A DNA stretch of 50,510 nucleotides, taken from positions 1 to 50,510 of the forward strand of contig JAUCBJ010001474.1 in NCBI GenBank assembly GCA_032718475.1. The letters run 5' to 3'. Of this stretch, positions 1-14,000 are shown in pieces. Position 1 is the stretch's first letter. Each line of letters opens with the position of its first letter. The notes below the pieces were generated by a model, which saw only the letters and a program-made list of their open reading frames with translations, was not told the DNA's origin and did not search any database. Origin of the DNA: Nemertoderma westbladi (lineage: Eukaryota > Animalia > Xenacoelomorpha). The position numbers and the translations under genes were made by a program.

Positions 1-164
1 TACTGCAAATTAGCATTTGTCTCAAGCGTGAATCTTCCCCCAATCTACTTGCTACGTTCACTGCACATAATATTTTGTTTACCGAATTATCAACTCTAGA
101 AAATAAACTATGTATAGATTTAAACCGTAAATGCACAAATAATGGTATATTAAAACTACTAAAG

Positions 165-204
165 GCCAGAGTGATGCTCGTTGGTTCACCGTCGGTCATC
201 CGTG
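165..204 (+). CDS. Possible upstream exon of the discoidin-domain gene (ARVMLVGSPSVIR-G)
   Basis: AAG acceptor ending at 164 and G|GTATAT donor at 205. It ends in phase 1, matching the next exon, and 'AR..' precedes the GW motif as in F5/8C domains. The 5' boundary is uncertain (an in-frame AG at 116-117 is also possible). Confidence 0.4.
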
Positions 205-553
205 GTATATTAAATAGCCTCCTAAAACAATTATTGTAAGCAACTCTGTATATTCCTATCACCAACAATATAACTGTAACCTGTTCTATTGAATAGATTG
301 GTTAGAGTAACGTATCACGTTAACCTGTTCCTTTCCCTTATTTAATGGTGAATACTCGATTTTAGTGTTAATTAATATATTTAGTGCTAATTAATATATG
401 TTAGTGATGATTAACATATTTGGTGGAAAGTGAATATTTTTGTGACTTTGCTGTTAAATTTAGAGAAAAATTTATATTTTTAGTATGTCCATTAATGACT
501 GTTAATACTAATCAGTGACCAATTAATTATTATGTAATATATCATTTAATTAG

Positions 554-744
554 GTTGGCGATCCGCGAATTGGCAAGGGCACTACAGAGGTCACCAATGG
601 CTGGCCATCGCGTTTCCTGGTGAAAAAATGGTCGCTAAACTCATAATATCTGAGGATTCAAACGTTGAAAAATTTAAGTTATCATTTAAACCCCACTTGG
701 GTTCCAATTGGAGGGATTATAGCGAACAGAAAAACCTGAAAATA
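554..744 (+). CDS. Exon: N-terminal half of an F5/8 type C (discoidin) domain
   Basis: TAG acceptor at 551-553, GTTTGT donor at 745. Reads (G)WRSANWQGHYRGHQWLAIAFPGEKMVAKLIISEDSNVEKFKLSFKPHLGSNWRDYSEQKNLKI, fitting the FA58C pattern W...QWL.I....V.....FKL.[YF]...W..Y. Phase 1 to phase 0. Confidence 0.85.
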
Positions 745-1214
745 GTTTGTATTTATTAATAAATATAATAAATATTATTTACTGATAAATATTATTTTAA
801 TTTTTTTTTGTAATTATAGCGAATAATAATTAATGGGATTGGATTTTAATCCCAATGCTGTAGGACGGGACCTAATACATTTTTATTTTATATTCTTTGC
901 TGTCCTCGATTGTTGCTGTGGATAACCCAATAAACTAGTGTACAACAAGTATAAACAAGTATATACTATTCGTTTCCAATTTTACTTAAAAAAAGCCTGT
1001 TATTTTGTATAGAGGAACTTGCGTGCCCGGGGTCACCGGTGGGAACATAACATATCAAAGGGAGGAGTTTGGAACGGATCTGTTATTTTGTATTGTTCCT
1101 GTCTCCATGTGCAGTAAAAACTCGGATAATGGAAGCACGGAAGAAAAGCGGTTCTTTTTCTTGGAAAATGATTTCAAACAATTTGGTAAAATATAATGTT
1201 GTATTCTTATACAG

Positions 1215-1413
1215 TTTCAACGCCATAGAGACAGCAGAGTAGTTGATGACTCAGAGTACCCATTCGATCTGCACGAGTACCTGTTGCGGGATCCGGTCCG
1301 GGCGGAGTTTATGCGGATTACGGTGCTGGACGAAGGTTCCGGGGCGTACGCCTCCTTGCGGTTCGAGGTCTACGGCTGTCATATGACGCCCGTGGAGGAG
1401 TTCACCAACGCTG
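1215..1413 (+). CDS. Exon: C-terminal half of the F5/8 type C domain
   Basis: ttcttatacAG acceptor, GTTGGT donor at 1414. Reads FQRHRDSRVVDDSEYPFDLHEYLLRDPVRAEFMRITVLDEGSGAYASLRFEVYGCHMTPVEEFTNA, including the hallmark P[IV].A.[YF].RI...SLRFE[LV]YGC. GC-rich island; phase 0 to phase 1. Confidence 0.9.
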
Positions 1414-1444
1414 GTTGGTGAATTTATATTATATATATTAAATA

Positions 1445-2080
1445 AATCTAAGCAGGAAATTGATCAAGGTACTTTGGTCTCTCCTGGCTGTTAATTTTGT
1501 ATGTCTATGTATTGGGGCCTATGTCCTGCACCCAATCGAACAGACCATCGGTGTCGCATAGGGCGACAAGCTGTCGCCACTACTATTCAGTCTGTTTATT
1601 GCAGACCTGCCAGTGCTAATCGCTACTGCATCTATCGGCATTTATATGTATGCGGACGACCTCGTCATCATGGGCGATTCCATCAGCGAGGTCCAGCAAA
1701 GCTTAAATAGACTGCTGGACTGCATCGACAACCATATGAAGGTCAACATTAAAAAGACCAAAGCAATGAAATTTAGACGAGGGAGAAGGCTCTCGGGGAA
1801 TGATAAACTCTACTATAATGGAGTGACCTTGGAATTTGTAAACAAATTTGAATACCTGGAGGTCGTTTTATCCGTGAAGAATGGATCATCCGCGCATTAT
1901 CAAGACCTCTATAAAAAAGGGATTGCTTGCGTCATGAGACTGGCATCTTCAACACCTTTCACGTCACTATCCAAGGAATCTGCCCAGAGACTATGGGTAA
2001 GTATTGTTTATCCAACCATCACCTATGGAACAAACATCTTTATCGGCGATGCCACACAACTGGAACACATAAATAGGACT
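1445..2080 (+). mobile_element. Decayed non-LTR retrotransposon RT fragment (clade uncertain), cut off at its 3' side by the satellite
   Basis: Frame reads KLIKVLWSLL...IEQTIGVA*GDKLSPLLFSLFIADL...YADDL...KTKAMKFRRG...FEYL. The QG motif is broken by TAG at 1559-1561, and the reading runs directly into the repeat at ~2081. Confidence 0.9.
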
Positions 2081-5000
2081 TATAGTGTTAGTATAATATA
2101 GTGTTGGTATAATAAAGTGTTGGTATAATATAGTGTTGGTATAATATACAGAATTGGTATAATAAAGTGTTGGTATAATAAAGTGTTAGTATAATATAGT
2201 GTTGGTATAATATACAGAATTAGTATAATAAAGTGTTGGTATAATAAAGTGTTAGTATAATATAGTGTTGGTATAATATAGTGTTGGTATAATATAGTGT
2301 TGGTATAATATAGTGTCGGTATAATATACAGAATTGGTATAATAAAGTGTTGGTATAATATAGTGTTGGTATAATATACAGAATTGGTATAATAAAGTGT
2401 TGGTATAATATAAGTGTTGGTATAATATAGTGTTGGTATAATATAGTTGGTATAATAAATGTTGTATAATATAATGTTGGTATAATATAGTGTTAGTATA
2501 ATATAATGTTGGTATAATATAGTGTTGGTATAATATAGTGTTGGTATAATATACAGAATTGGTATAATAAAGTGTTAGTATAATATAGTGTTGGTATAAT
2601 ATAGTGTTGGTATAATATAGTGTTGGTATAATATAGTGTTGGTATAATATAGTGTTGGTATAATATACAGAATTGGTATAATAAAGTGTTGGTATAATAT
2701 AGTGTTGGTATAATATAGTGTTGGTATAATATAGTGTTGGTATAATATAGTGTTGGTATAATATAGTGTTGGTATAATATAGTGTTGGTATAATATACAT
2801 GTTGGTATAATAAAGTGTTAGTATAATATAGTGTTGGTATAATATAGTGTTGGTATAATATGTTGTATAATATAGTGTTGGTATAATAAAGTGTTAGTAT
2901 AATATATTGTTGGTATAATATAGTGTTGGTATAATATAGTGTTGGTATAATATAGTGTTGGTATAATATAGTGTCGGTATAATATACAGAATTGGTATAA
3001 TAAAGTGTTGGTATAATATAGTGTTGGTATAATATAGTGTTGGTATAATAAAGTGTTGTATAATATAGTGTTGGTATAATATAGTGTTGGTATAATATAG
3101 TGTTGGTATAATATAGTGTTGGTATAATATACAGAATTGGTATAATATAGTGTTGGTATAATATAGTGTTGGTATAATATAGTGTTGGTATAATATAGTG
3201 TTGGTATAATATAGTGTTGGTATAATAAAGTGTTGGTATAATATAGTGTTGGTATAATATAGTGTTGGTATAATATAGTTGGTATAATAAGTGTTAGTAT
3301 AATATAGTGTTGGTATAATATAGTGTTGGTATAATATAGTGTCGGTATAATATACAGTGTTGGTATAATATAGTGTTGGTATAATATAGTGTTGGTATAA
3401 TATACAGAATTGGTATAATATAGTGTTAGTATAATATAGTGTTGGTATAATATAGTGTTGGTATAATATAGTGTTGGTATAATATAGTGTTGGTATAATA
3501 TAGTGTTGGTATAATATAGTGTTGGTATAATATAGTGTTGGTATAATATAGTGTTGGTATAATATAGTGTTGGTATAATATACAGAATTGGTATAATAAA
3601 GTGTTGGTATAATAAGTGTTGGTATAATAGTGGATTGTGTCGGTATAATAAAGTGTTGGTATAATATAGTGTTGGTATAATAAGTGTTGGTATAATATAG
3701 TTGGTATAATAAGTGTTGGTATAATATAGTGTTAGTATAATATAGTGTTGGTATAATATACAGTGTTGGTATAATAAAGTGTTGGTATAATATAGAGTAA
3801 GTTAGTATAATATAGTGTTGGTATAATATAGTGTCGGTATAATAAAGTGTTGGTATAATATAGTGTTGGTATAATAAAGTGTTGGTATAATATACAGAAT
3901 TGGTATAATAAAGTGTTAGTATAATATAGTGTTGGTATAATATACAGAATTGGTATAATAAAGTGTTGGTATAATATAATGTTGGTATAATATAATGTTG
4001 GTATAATATAATGTTGGTATAATATACAGAATTGTTGGTATAATATAGTGTTAGTATAATATAGTGTTGGTATAATATACAGAATTGGTATAATAAAGTG
4101 TTGGTATAATAAAGTGTTAGTATAATATATTGTTGGTATAATATAGTGTTGGTATAATATAGTGTTGGTATAATATAGTGTTGGTATAATATAGTGTTAG
4201 TATAATATAGTGTTGGTATAATAAAGTGTTGGTATAATAAAGTGTTAGTATAATATATTGTTGGTATAATATAGTGTTGGTATAATATAGTGTTGGTATA
4301 ATATAGTGTTGGTATAATATAGTGTTAGTATAATATAGTGTTGGTATAATATAGTGTTGGTATAATATAGTGTTGGTATAATATAGTGTTAGTATAATAT
4401 AGTGTTGGTATAATATAGTGTTGGTATAATCAAGTGTTAGCATAATATAGTGTTGGTATAATATACAGAATTGGTATAATAAAGTGTTGGTATAATAAAG
4501 TGTTGGTATAATATATTGTTGGTATAATATAGTGTCGGTATAATAAAGTGTTGGTATAATATAGTGTTGGTATAATAAAGTGTTGGTATAATATACAGAA
4601 TTGGTATAATAAAGTGTTGGTATAATAAAGTGTTAGTATAATATAGTGTTGGTATAATATACAGAATTGTTGGTATAATAAAGTGTTGGTATAATATAGT
4701 GTTAGTATAATAAAGTGTTAGTATAATATAGTGTTGGTATAATATAGTGTCGGTATAATAAAGTGTTGGTATAATATAGTGTTGGTATAATAAAGTGTTG
4801 GTATAATATACAGAATTGGTATAATAAAGTGTTAGTATAATATAGTGTTGGTATAATATACAGAATTGGTATAATAAAGTGTTGGTATAATATAATGTTG
4901 GTATAATATAATGTTGGTATAATATAATGTTGGTATAATATACAGAATTGTTGGTATAATATAGTGTTAGTATAATATAGTGTTGGTATAATATACAGAA

Positions 5001-8000
5001 TTGGTATAATAAAGTGTTGGTATAATAAAGTGTTAGTATAATATATTGTTGGTATAATATAGTGTTGGTATAATATAGTGTTGGTATAATATAGTGTTGG
5101 TATAATATAGTGTCGGTATAATATACAGAATTGGTATAATAAAGTGTTGGTATAATATAGTGTTGGTATAATATGGTGTCGGTATAATAAAGTGTTGGTA
5201 TAATATAGTGTTGGTATAATATAGTGTTGGTATAATATAGTGTTGGTATAATATAATGTTGGTATAATATAGTGTTAGTATAATATAGTGTTGGTATAAT
5301 ATACAGAATTGGTATAATAAAGTGTTGGTATAATAAAGTGTTAGTATAATATATTGTTGGTATAATATAGTGTTGGTATAATATAGTGTTGGTATAATAT
5401 AGTGTTGGTATAATATAGTGTCGGTATAATATACAGAATTGGTATAATAAAGTGTTGGTATAATATAGTGTTGGTATAATATGGTGTCGGTATAATAAAG
5501 TGTTGGTATAATATAGTGTTGGTATAATATAGTGTTGGTATAATATAGTGTTGGTATAATATAATGTTGGTATAATATAGTGTTAGTATAATATAGTGTT
5601 GGTATAATATACAGAATTGGTATAATAAAGTGTTGGTATAATAAAGTGTTAGTATAATATATTGTTGGTATAATATAGTGTTGGTATAATATAGTGTTGG
5701 TATAATATAGTGTTGGTATAATATAGTGTCGGTATAATATACAGAATTGGTATAATAAAGTGTTGGTATAATAAAGTGTTAGTATAATATATTGTTGGTA
5801 TAATATAGTGTTGGTATAATATAGTGTTGGTATAATATAGTGTTGGTATAATATAGTGTCGGTATAATATACAGAATTGGTATAATAAAGTGTTGGTATA
5901 ATATAGTGTTGGTATAATATAGTGTTGGTATAATATACAGAATTGGTATAATAAAGTGTTGGTATAATAAAGTGTTAGTATAATATATTGTTGGTATAAT
6001 ATAGTGTTGGTATAATATAGTGTTGGTATAATATAGTGTTGGTATAATATAGTGTCGGTATAATATACAGAATTGGTATAATAAAGTGTTGGTATAATAT
6101 AGTGTTGGTATAATATACAGAATTGGTATAATATAGTGTCGGTATAATAAAGTGTTAGTATAATATAGTGTTGGTATAATATAGTGTTGGTATAATATAG
6201 TGTTAGTATAATATAGTGTTGGTATAATATAGTGTTAGTATAATATAGTGTTGGTATAATATAGTGTTGGTATAATATAGTGTTGGTATAATATACAGAA
6301 TTAGTATAATAAAGTGTTGGTATAATAAAGTGTTGGTATAATATAGTGTTAGTATAATATAGTGTTGGTATAATATAGTGTTGGTATAATATAGTGTTGG
6401 TATAATATAATGTTGGTATAATATAGTGTTAGTATAATATAGTGTTGGTATAATATACAGAATTGGTATAATAAAGTGTTGGTATAATAAAGTGTTAGTA
6501 TAATATATTGTTGGTATAATATAGTGTTGGTATAATATAGTGTTGGTATAATATGGTGTTGGTATAATATAGTGTCGGTATAATATACAGAATTGGTATA
6601 ATAAAGTGTTGGTATAATATAGTGTTGGTATAATATGGTGTCGGTATAATAAAGTGTTGGTATAATATAGTGTTGGTATAATATAGTGTTGGTATAATAT
6701 AGTGTTGGTATAATATAATGTTGGTATAATATAGTGTTAGTATAATATAGTGTTGGTATAATATACAGAATTGGTATAATAAAGTGTTGGTATAATAAAG
6801 TGTTAGTATAATATATTGTTGGTATAATATAGTGTTGGTATAATATAGTGTTGGTATAATATAGTGTTGGTATAATATAGTGTCGGTATAATATACAGAA
6901 TTGGTATAATAAAGTGTTGGTATAATAAAGTGTTAGTATAATATATTGTTGGTATAATATAGTGTTGGTATAATATAGTGTTGGTATAATATAGTGTTGG
7001 TATAATATAGTGTCGGTATAATATACAGAATTGGTATAATAAAGTGTTGGTATAATATAGTGTTGGTATAATATAGTGTTGGTATAATATACAGAATTGG
7101 TATAATAAAGTGTTGGTATAATAAAGTGTTAGTATAATATATTGTTGGTATAATATAGTGTTGGTATAATATAGTGTTGGTATAATATAGTGTTGGTATA
7201 ATATAGTGTCGGTATAATATACAGAATTGGTATAATAAAGTGTTGGTATAATATAGTGTTGGTATAATATACAGAATTGGTATAATATAGTGTCGGTATA
7301 ATAAAGTGTTAGTATAATATAGTGTTGGTATAATATAGTGTTGGTATAATATAGTGTTAGTATAATATAGTGTTGGTATAATATAGTGTTAGTATAATAT
7401 AGTGTTGGTATAATATAGTGTTGGTATAATATAGTGTTGGTATAATATACAGAATTAGTATAATAAAGTGTTGGTATAATAAAGTGTTGGTATAATATAG
7501 TGTTAGTATAATATAGTGTTGGTATAATATAGTGTTAGTATAATATAGTGTTGGTATAATATAGTGTTGGTATAATATAGTGTTGGTATAATATACAGAA
7601 TTAGTATAATAAAGTGTTGGTATAATAAAGTGTTAGTATAATATAGTGTTGGTATAATATAGTGTTAGTATAATATAGTGTTGGTATAATATAGTGTTGG
7701 TATAATATAGTGTTAGTATAATATAGTGTTGGTATAATATAGTGTTGGTATAATATAGTGTTGGTATAATATACAGAATTAGTATAATAAAGTGTTGGTA
7801 TAATAAAGTGTTAGTATAATATAGTGTTGGTATAATATAGTGTTGGTATAATATAGTGTTGGTATAATATACAGAATTAGTATAATAAAGTGTTGGTATA
7901 ATAAAGTGTTAGTATAATATAGTGTTGGTATAATATAGTGTTGGTATAATATAGTGTTGGTATAATAAAGTGTTGGTATAATATAGTGTTGGTATAATAT

Positions 8001-11000
8001 ACAGAATTAGTATAATAAAGTGTTGGTATAATAAAGTGTTAGTATAATATAGTGTTGGTATAATATAGTGTTGGTATAATATAGTGTTGGTATAATATAG
8101 TGTTGGTATAATATAGTGTCGGTATAATATACAGAATTAGTATAATAAAGTGTTGGTATAATATAGTGTTGGTATAATATAGTGTTGGTATAATATAGTG
8201 TTGGTATAATATAGTGTTGGTATAATATACAGAATTGGTATAATAAAGTGTTGGTATAATAAAGTGTTAGTATAATATAGTGTTGGTATAATATAGTGTT
8301 GGTATAATATAGTGTTGGTATAATATAGTGTTGGTATAATATAGTGTCGGTATAATATACAGAATTGGTATAATAAAGTGTTGGTATAATAAAGTGTTAG
8401 TATAATATATTGTTGGTATAATATAGTGTTGGTATAATATAGTGTTGGTATAATATAGTGTTGGTATAATATAGTGTCGGTATAATATACAGAATTGGTA
8501 TAATAAAGTGTTGGTATAATATAGTGTTGGTATAATATAGTGTTGGTATAATATACAGAATTGGTATAATAAAGTGTTGGTATAATAAAGTGTTAGTATA
8601 ATATATTGTTGGTATAATATAGTGTTGGTATAATATAGTGTTGGTATAATATAGTGTTGGTATAATATAGTGTCGGTATAATATACAGAATTGGTATAAT
8701 AAAGTGTTGGTATAATATAGTGTTGGTATAATATACAGAATTGGTATAATATAGTGTCGGTATAATAAAGTGTTAGTATAATATAGTGTTGGTATAATAT
8801 AGTGTTGGTATAATATAGTGTTAGTATAATATAGTGTTGGTATAATATAGTGTTAGTATAATATAGTGTTGGTATAATATAGTGTTGGTATAATATAGTG
8901 TTGGTATAATATACAGAATTAGTATAATAAAGTGTTGGTATAATAAAGTGTTGGTATAATATAGTGTTAGTATAATATAGTGTTGGTATAATATAGTGTT
9001 AGTATAATATAGTGTTGGTATAATATAGTGTTGGTATAATATAGTGTTGGTATAATATACAGAATTAGTATAATAAAGTGTTGGTATAATAAAGTGTTAG
9101 TATAATATAGTGTTGGTATAATATAGTGTTAGTATAATATAGTGTTGGTATAATATAGTGTTGGTATAATATAGTGTTAGTATAATATAGTGTTGGTATA
9201 ATATAGTGTTGGTATAATATAGTGTTGGTATAATATACAGAATTAGTATAATAAAGTGTTGGTATAATAAAGTGTTAGTATAATATAGTGTTGGTATAAT
9301 ATAGTGTTGGTATAATATAGTGTTGGTATAATATACAGAATTAGTATAATAAAGTGTTGGTATAATAAAGTGTTAGTATAATATAGTGTTGGTATAATAT
9401 AGTGTTGGTATAATATAGTGTTGGTATAATAAAGTGTTGGTATAATATAGTGTTGGTATAATATACAGAATTAGTATAATAAAGTGTTGGTATAATAAAG
9501 TGTTAGTATAATATAGTGTTGGTATAATATAGTGTTGGTATAATATAGTGTTGGTATAATAAAGTGTTAGTATAATATATTGTTGGTATAATATAGTGTT
9601 GGTATAATATAGTGTTGGTATAATATAGTGTTGGTATAATATAGTGTCGGTATAATATACAGAATTAGTATAATAAAGTGTTGGTATAATATAGTGTTGG
9701 TATAATATAGTGTTGGTATAATATAGTGTTGGTATAATAAAGTGTTGGTATAATATAGTGTTGGTATAATATACAGAATTGGTATAATAAAGTGTTGGTA
9801 TAATATAGTGTTGGTATAATATAGTGTCGGTATAATATACAGAATTAGTATAATAAAGTGTTGGTATAATATAGTGTTGGTATAATATAGTGTTAGTATA
9901 ATATAGTGTTGGTATAATATAGTGTTGGTATAATATAGTGTTGGTATAATAAAGTGTTAGTATAATATAGTGTTGGTATAATATAGTGTTAGTATAATAT
10001 AGTGTTGGTATAATATAGTGTTGGTATAATATAGTGTTGGTATAATATACAGAATTAGTATAATAAAGTGTTGGTATAATAAAGTGTTAGTATAATATAG
10101 TGTTGGTATAATATAGTGTTGGTATAATATAGTGTTGGTATAATAAAGTGTTAGTATAATATATTGTTGGTATAATATAGTGTTGGTATAATATAGTGTT
10201 GGTATAATATAGTGTTGGTATAATATAGTGTCGGTATAATATACAGAATTAGTATAATAAAGTGTTGGTATAATATAGTGTTGGTATAATATAGTGTTGG
10301 TATAATATACAGAATTAGTATAATAAAGTGTTGGTATAATATAGTGTTGGTATAATATAGTGTTGGTATAATATAGTGTTGGTATAATAAAGTGTTAGTA
10401 TAATATAGTGTTGGTATAATATAGTGTTGGTATAATATAGTGTTGGTATAATAAAGTGTTGGTATAATATAGTGTTGGTATAATATAGTGTTGGTATAAT
10501 ATAGTGTTGGTATAATAAAGTGTTAGTATAATATAGTGTTGGTATAATATAGTGTTGGTATAATATAGTGTTGGTATAATATAGTGTTGGTATAATAAAG
10601 TGTTAGTATAATATAGTGTTGGTATAATATAGTGTTGGTATAATATAGTGTTGGTATAATATAGTGTTGGTATAATATAGTGTTGGTATAATATAGTGTT
10701 GGTATAATATAGTGTTGGTATAATATATTGTTGGTATAATATAGTGTTGGTATAATATAGTGTTGGTATAATAAAGTGTTAGTATAATATAGTGTTGGTA
10801 TAATATAGTGTTGGTATAATATAGTGTTGGTATAATATAGTGTTGGTATAATATATTGTTGGTATAATAAAGTGTTAGTATAATATAGTGTTGGTATAAT
10901 ATAGTGTTGGTATAATATAGTGTTGGTATAATATACAGAATTAGTATAATAAAGTGTTGGTATAATATAGTGTTGGTATAATATAGTGTTGGTATAATAT

Positions 11001-14000
11001 AGTGTTGGTATAATAAAGTGTTGGTATAATATAGTGTTGGTATAATATACAGAATTGGTATAATAAAGTGTTGGTATAATATAGTGTTGGTATAATATAG
11101 TGTCGGTATAATATACAGAATTAGTATAATAAAGTGTTGGTATAATATAGTGTTGGTATAATATAGTGTTAGTATAATATAGTGTTGGTATAATATAGTG
11201 TTGGTATAATATAGTGTTGGTATAATATAGTGTCGGTATAATATACAGAATTGGTATAATAAAGTGTTGGTATAATATAGTGTTGGTATAATATACAGAA
11301 TTGGTATAATATAGTGTCGGTATAATAAAGTGTTAGTATAATATAGTGTTGGTATAATATAGTGTTGGTATAATATAGTGTTAGTATAATATAGTGTTAG
11401 TATAATATATTGTTGGTATAATATAGTGTTGGTATAATATAGTGTTGGTATAATATAGTGTTGGTATAATAAAGTGTTAGTATAATATATTGTTGGTATA
11501 ATATAGTGTTGGTATAATATAGTGTTGGTATAATATAGTGTTGGTATAATATAGTGTCGGTATAATATACAGAATTGGTATAATAAAGTGTTGGTATAAT
11601 ATAGTGTTGGTATAATATGGTGTCGGTATAATAAAGTGTTGGTATAATATAGTGTTGGTATAATATAGTGTTGGTATAATATAGTGTTGGTATAATATAA
11701 TGTTGGTATAATATAGTGTTAGTATAATATAGTGTTGGTATAATATACAGAATTGGTATAATAAAGTGTTGGTATAATAAAGTGTTAGTATAATATATTG
11801 TTGGTATAATATAGTGTTGGTATAATATAGTGTTGGTATAATATAGTGTTGGTATAATATAGTGTCGGTATAATATACAGAATTGGTATAATAAAGTGTT
11901 GGTATAATAAAGTGTTAGTATAATATATTGTTGGTATAATATAGTGTTGGTATAATATAGTGTTGGTATAATATAGTGTTGGTATAATATAGTGTCGGTA
12001 TAATATACAGAATTGGTATAATAAAGTGTTGGTATAATATAGTGTTGGTATAATATAGTGTTGGTATAATATACAGAATTGGTATAATAAAGTGTTGGTA
12101 TAATAAAGTGTTAGTATAATATATTGTTGGTATAATATAGTGTTGGTATAATATAGTGTTGGTATAATATAGTGTTGGTATAATATAGTGTCGGTATAAT
12201 ATACAGAATTGGTATAATAAAGTGTTGGTATAATATAGTGTTGGTATAATATACAGAATTGGTATAATATAGTGTCGGTATAATAAAGTGTTAGTATAAT
12301 ATAGTGTTGGTATAATATAGTGTTGGTATAATATAGTGTTAGTATAATATAGTGTTGGTATAATATAGTGTTAGTATAATATAGTGTTGGTATAATATAG
12401 TGTTGGTATAATATAGTGTTGGTATAATATACAGAATTAGTATAATAAAGTGTTGGTATAATAAAGTGTTGGTATAATATAGTGTTAGTATAATATAGTG
12501 TTGGTATAATATAGTGTTAGTATAATATAGTGTTGGTATAATATAGTGTTGGTATAATATAGTGTTGGTATAATATACAGAATTAGTATAATAAAGTGTT
12601 GGTATAATAAAGTGTCGGTATAATAAAGTGTTGGTATAATATAGTGTTGGTATAATAAAGTGTTGGTATAATATACAGAATTGGTATAATAAAGTGTTAG
12701 TATAATATAGTGTTGGTATAATATACAGAATTGGTATAATAAAGTGTTGGTATAATATAATGTTGGTATAATATAATGTTGGTATAATATAATGTTGGTA
12801 TAATATACAGAATTGTTGGTATAATATAGTGTTAGTATAATATAGTGTTGGTATAATATACAGAATTGGTATAATAAAGTGTTGGTATAATAAAGTGTTA
12901 GTATAATATATTGTTGGTATAATATAGTGTTGGTATAATATAGTGTTGGTATAATATAGTGTTGGTATAATATAGTGTTAGTATAATATAGTGTTGGTAT
13001 AATAAAGTGTTGGTATAATAAAGTGTTAGTATAATATATTGTTGGTATAATATAGTGTTGGTATAATATAGTGTTGGTATAATATAGTGTTGGTATAATA
13101 TAGTGTTAGTATAATATAGTGTTGGTATAATATAGTGTTGGTATAATATAGTGTTGGTATAATATAGTGTTAGTATAATATAGTGTTGGTATAATATAGT
13201 GTTGGTATAATCAAGTGTTAGCATAATATAGTGTTGGTATAATATACAGAATTGGTATAATAAAGTGTTGGTATAATAAAGTGTTGGTATAATATATTGT
13301 TGGTATAATATAGTGTCGGTATAATAAAGTGTTGGTATAATATAGTGTTGGTATAATAAAGTGTTGGTATAATATACAGAATTGGTATAATAAAGTGTTG
13401 GTATAATAAAGTGTTAGTATAATATAGTGTTGGTATAATATACAGAATTGTTGGTATAATAAAGTGTTGGTATAATATAGTGTTAGTATAATAAAGTGTT
13501 AGTATAATATAGTGTTGGTATAATATAGTGTCGGTATAATAAAGTGTTGGTATAATATAGTGTTGGTATAATAAAGTGTTGGTATAATATACAGAATTGG
13601 TATAATAAAGTGTTAGTATAATATAGTGTTGGTATAATATACAGAATTGGTATAATAAAGTGTTGGTATAATATAATGTTGGTATAATATAATGTTGGTA
13701 TAATATAATGTTGGTATAATATACAGAATTGTTGGTATAATATAGTGTTAGTATAATATAGTGTTGGTATAATATACAGAATTGGTATAATAAAGTGTTG
13801 GTATAATAAAGTGTTAGTATAATATATTGTTGGTATAATATAGTGTTGGTATAATATAGTGTTGGTATAATATAGTGTTGGTATAATATAGTGTCGGTAT
13901 AATATACAGAATTGGTATAATAAAGTGTTGGTATAATATAGTGTTGGTATAATATGGTGTCGGTATAATAAAGTGTTGGTATAATATAGTGTTGGTATAA

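Noticed and set aside
1005-1196. 63-aa ORF as an exon
   Set aside because: It would leave a 29-nt intron and a phase clash giving a stop; exon 554-744 already joins 1215 cleanly.
2400-3800. Irregular monomers as a distinct sub-family
   Set aside because: Scattered single-base indels could equally be consensus errors; undecidable without reads.
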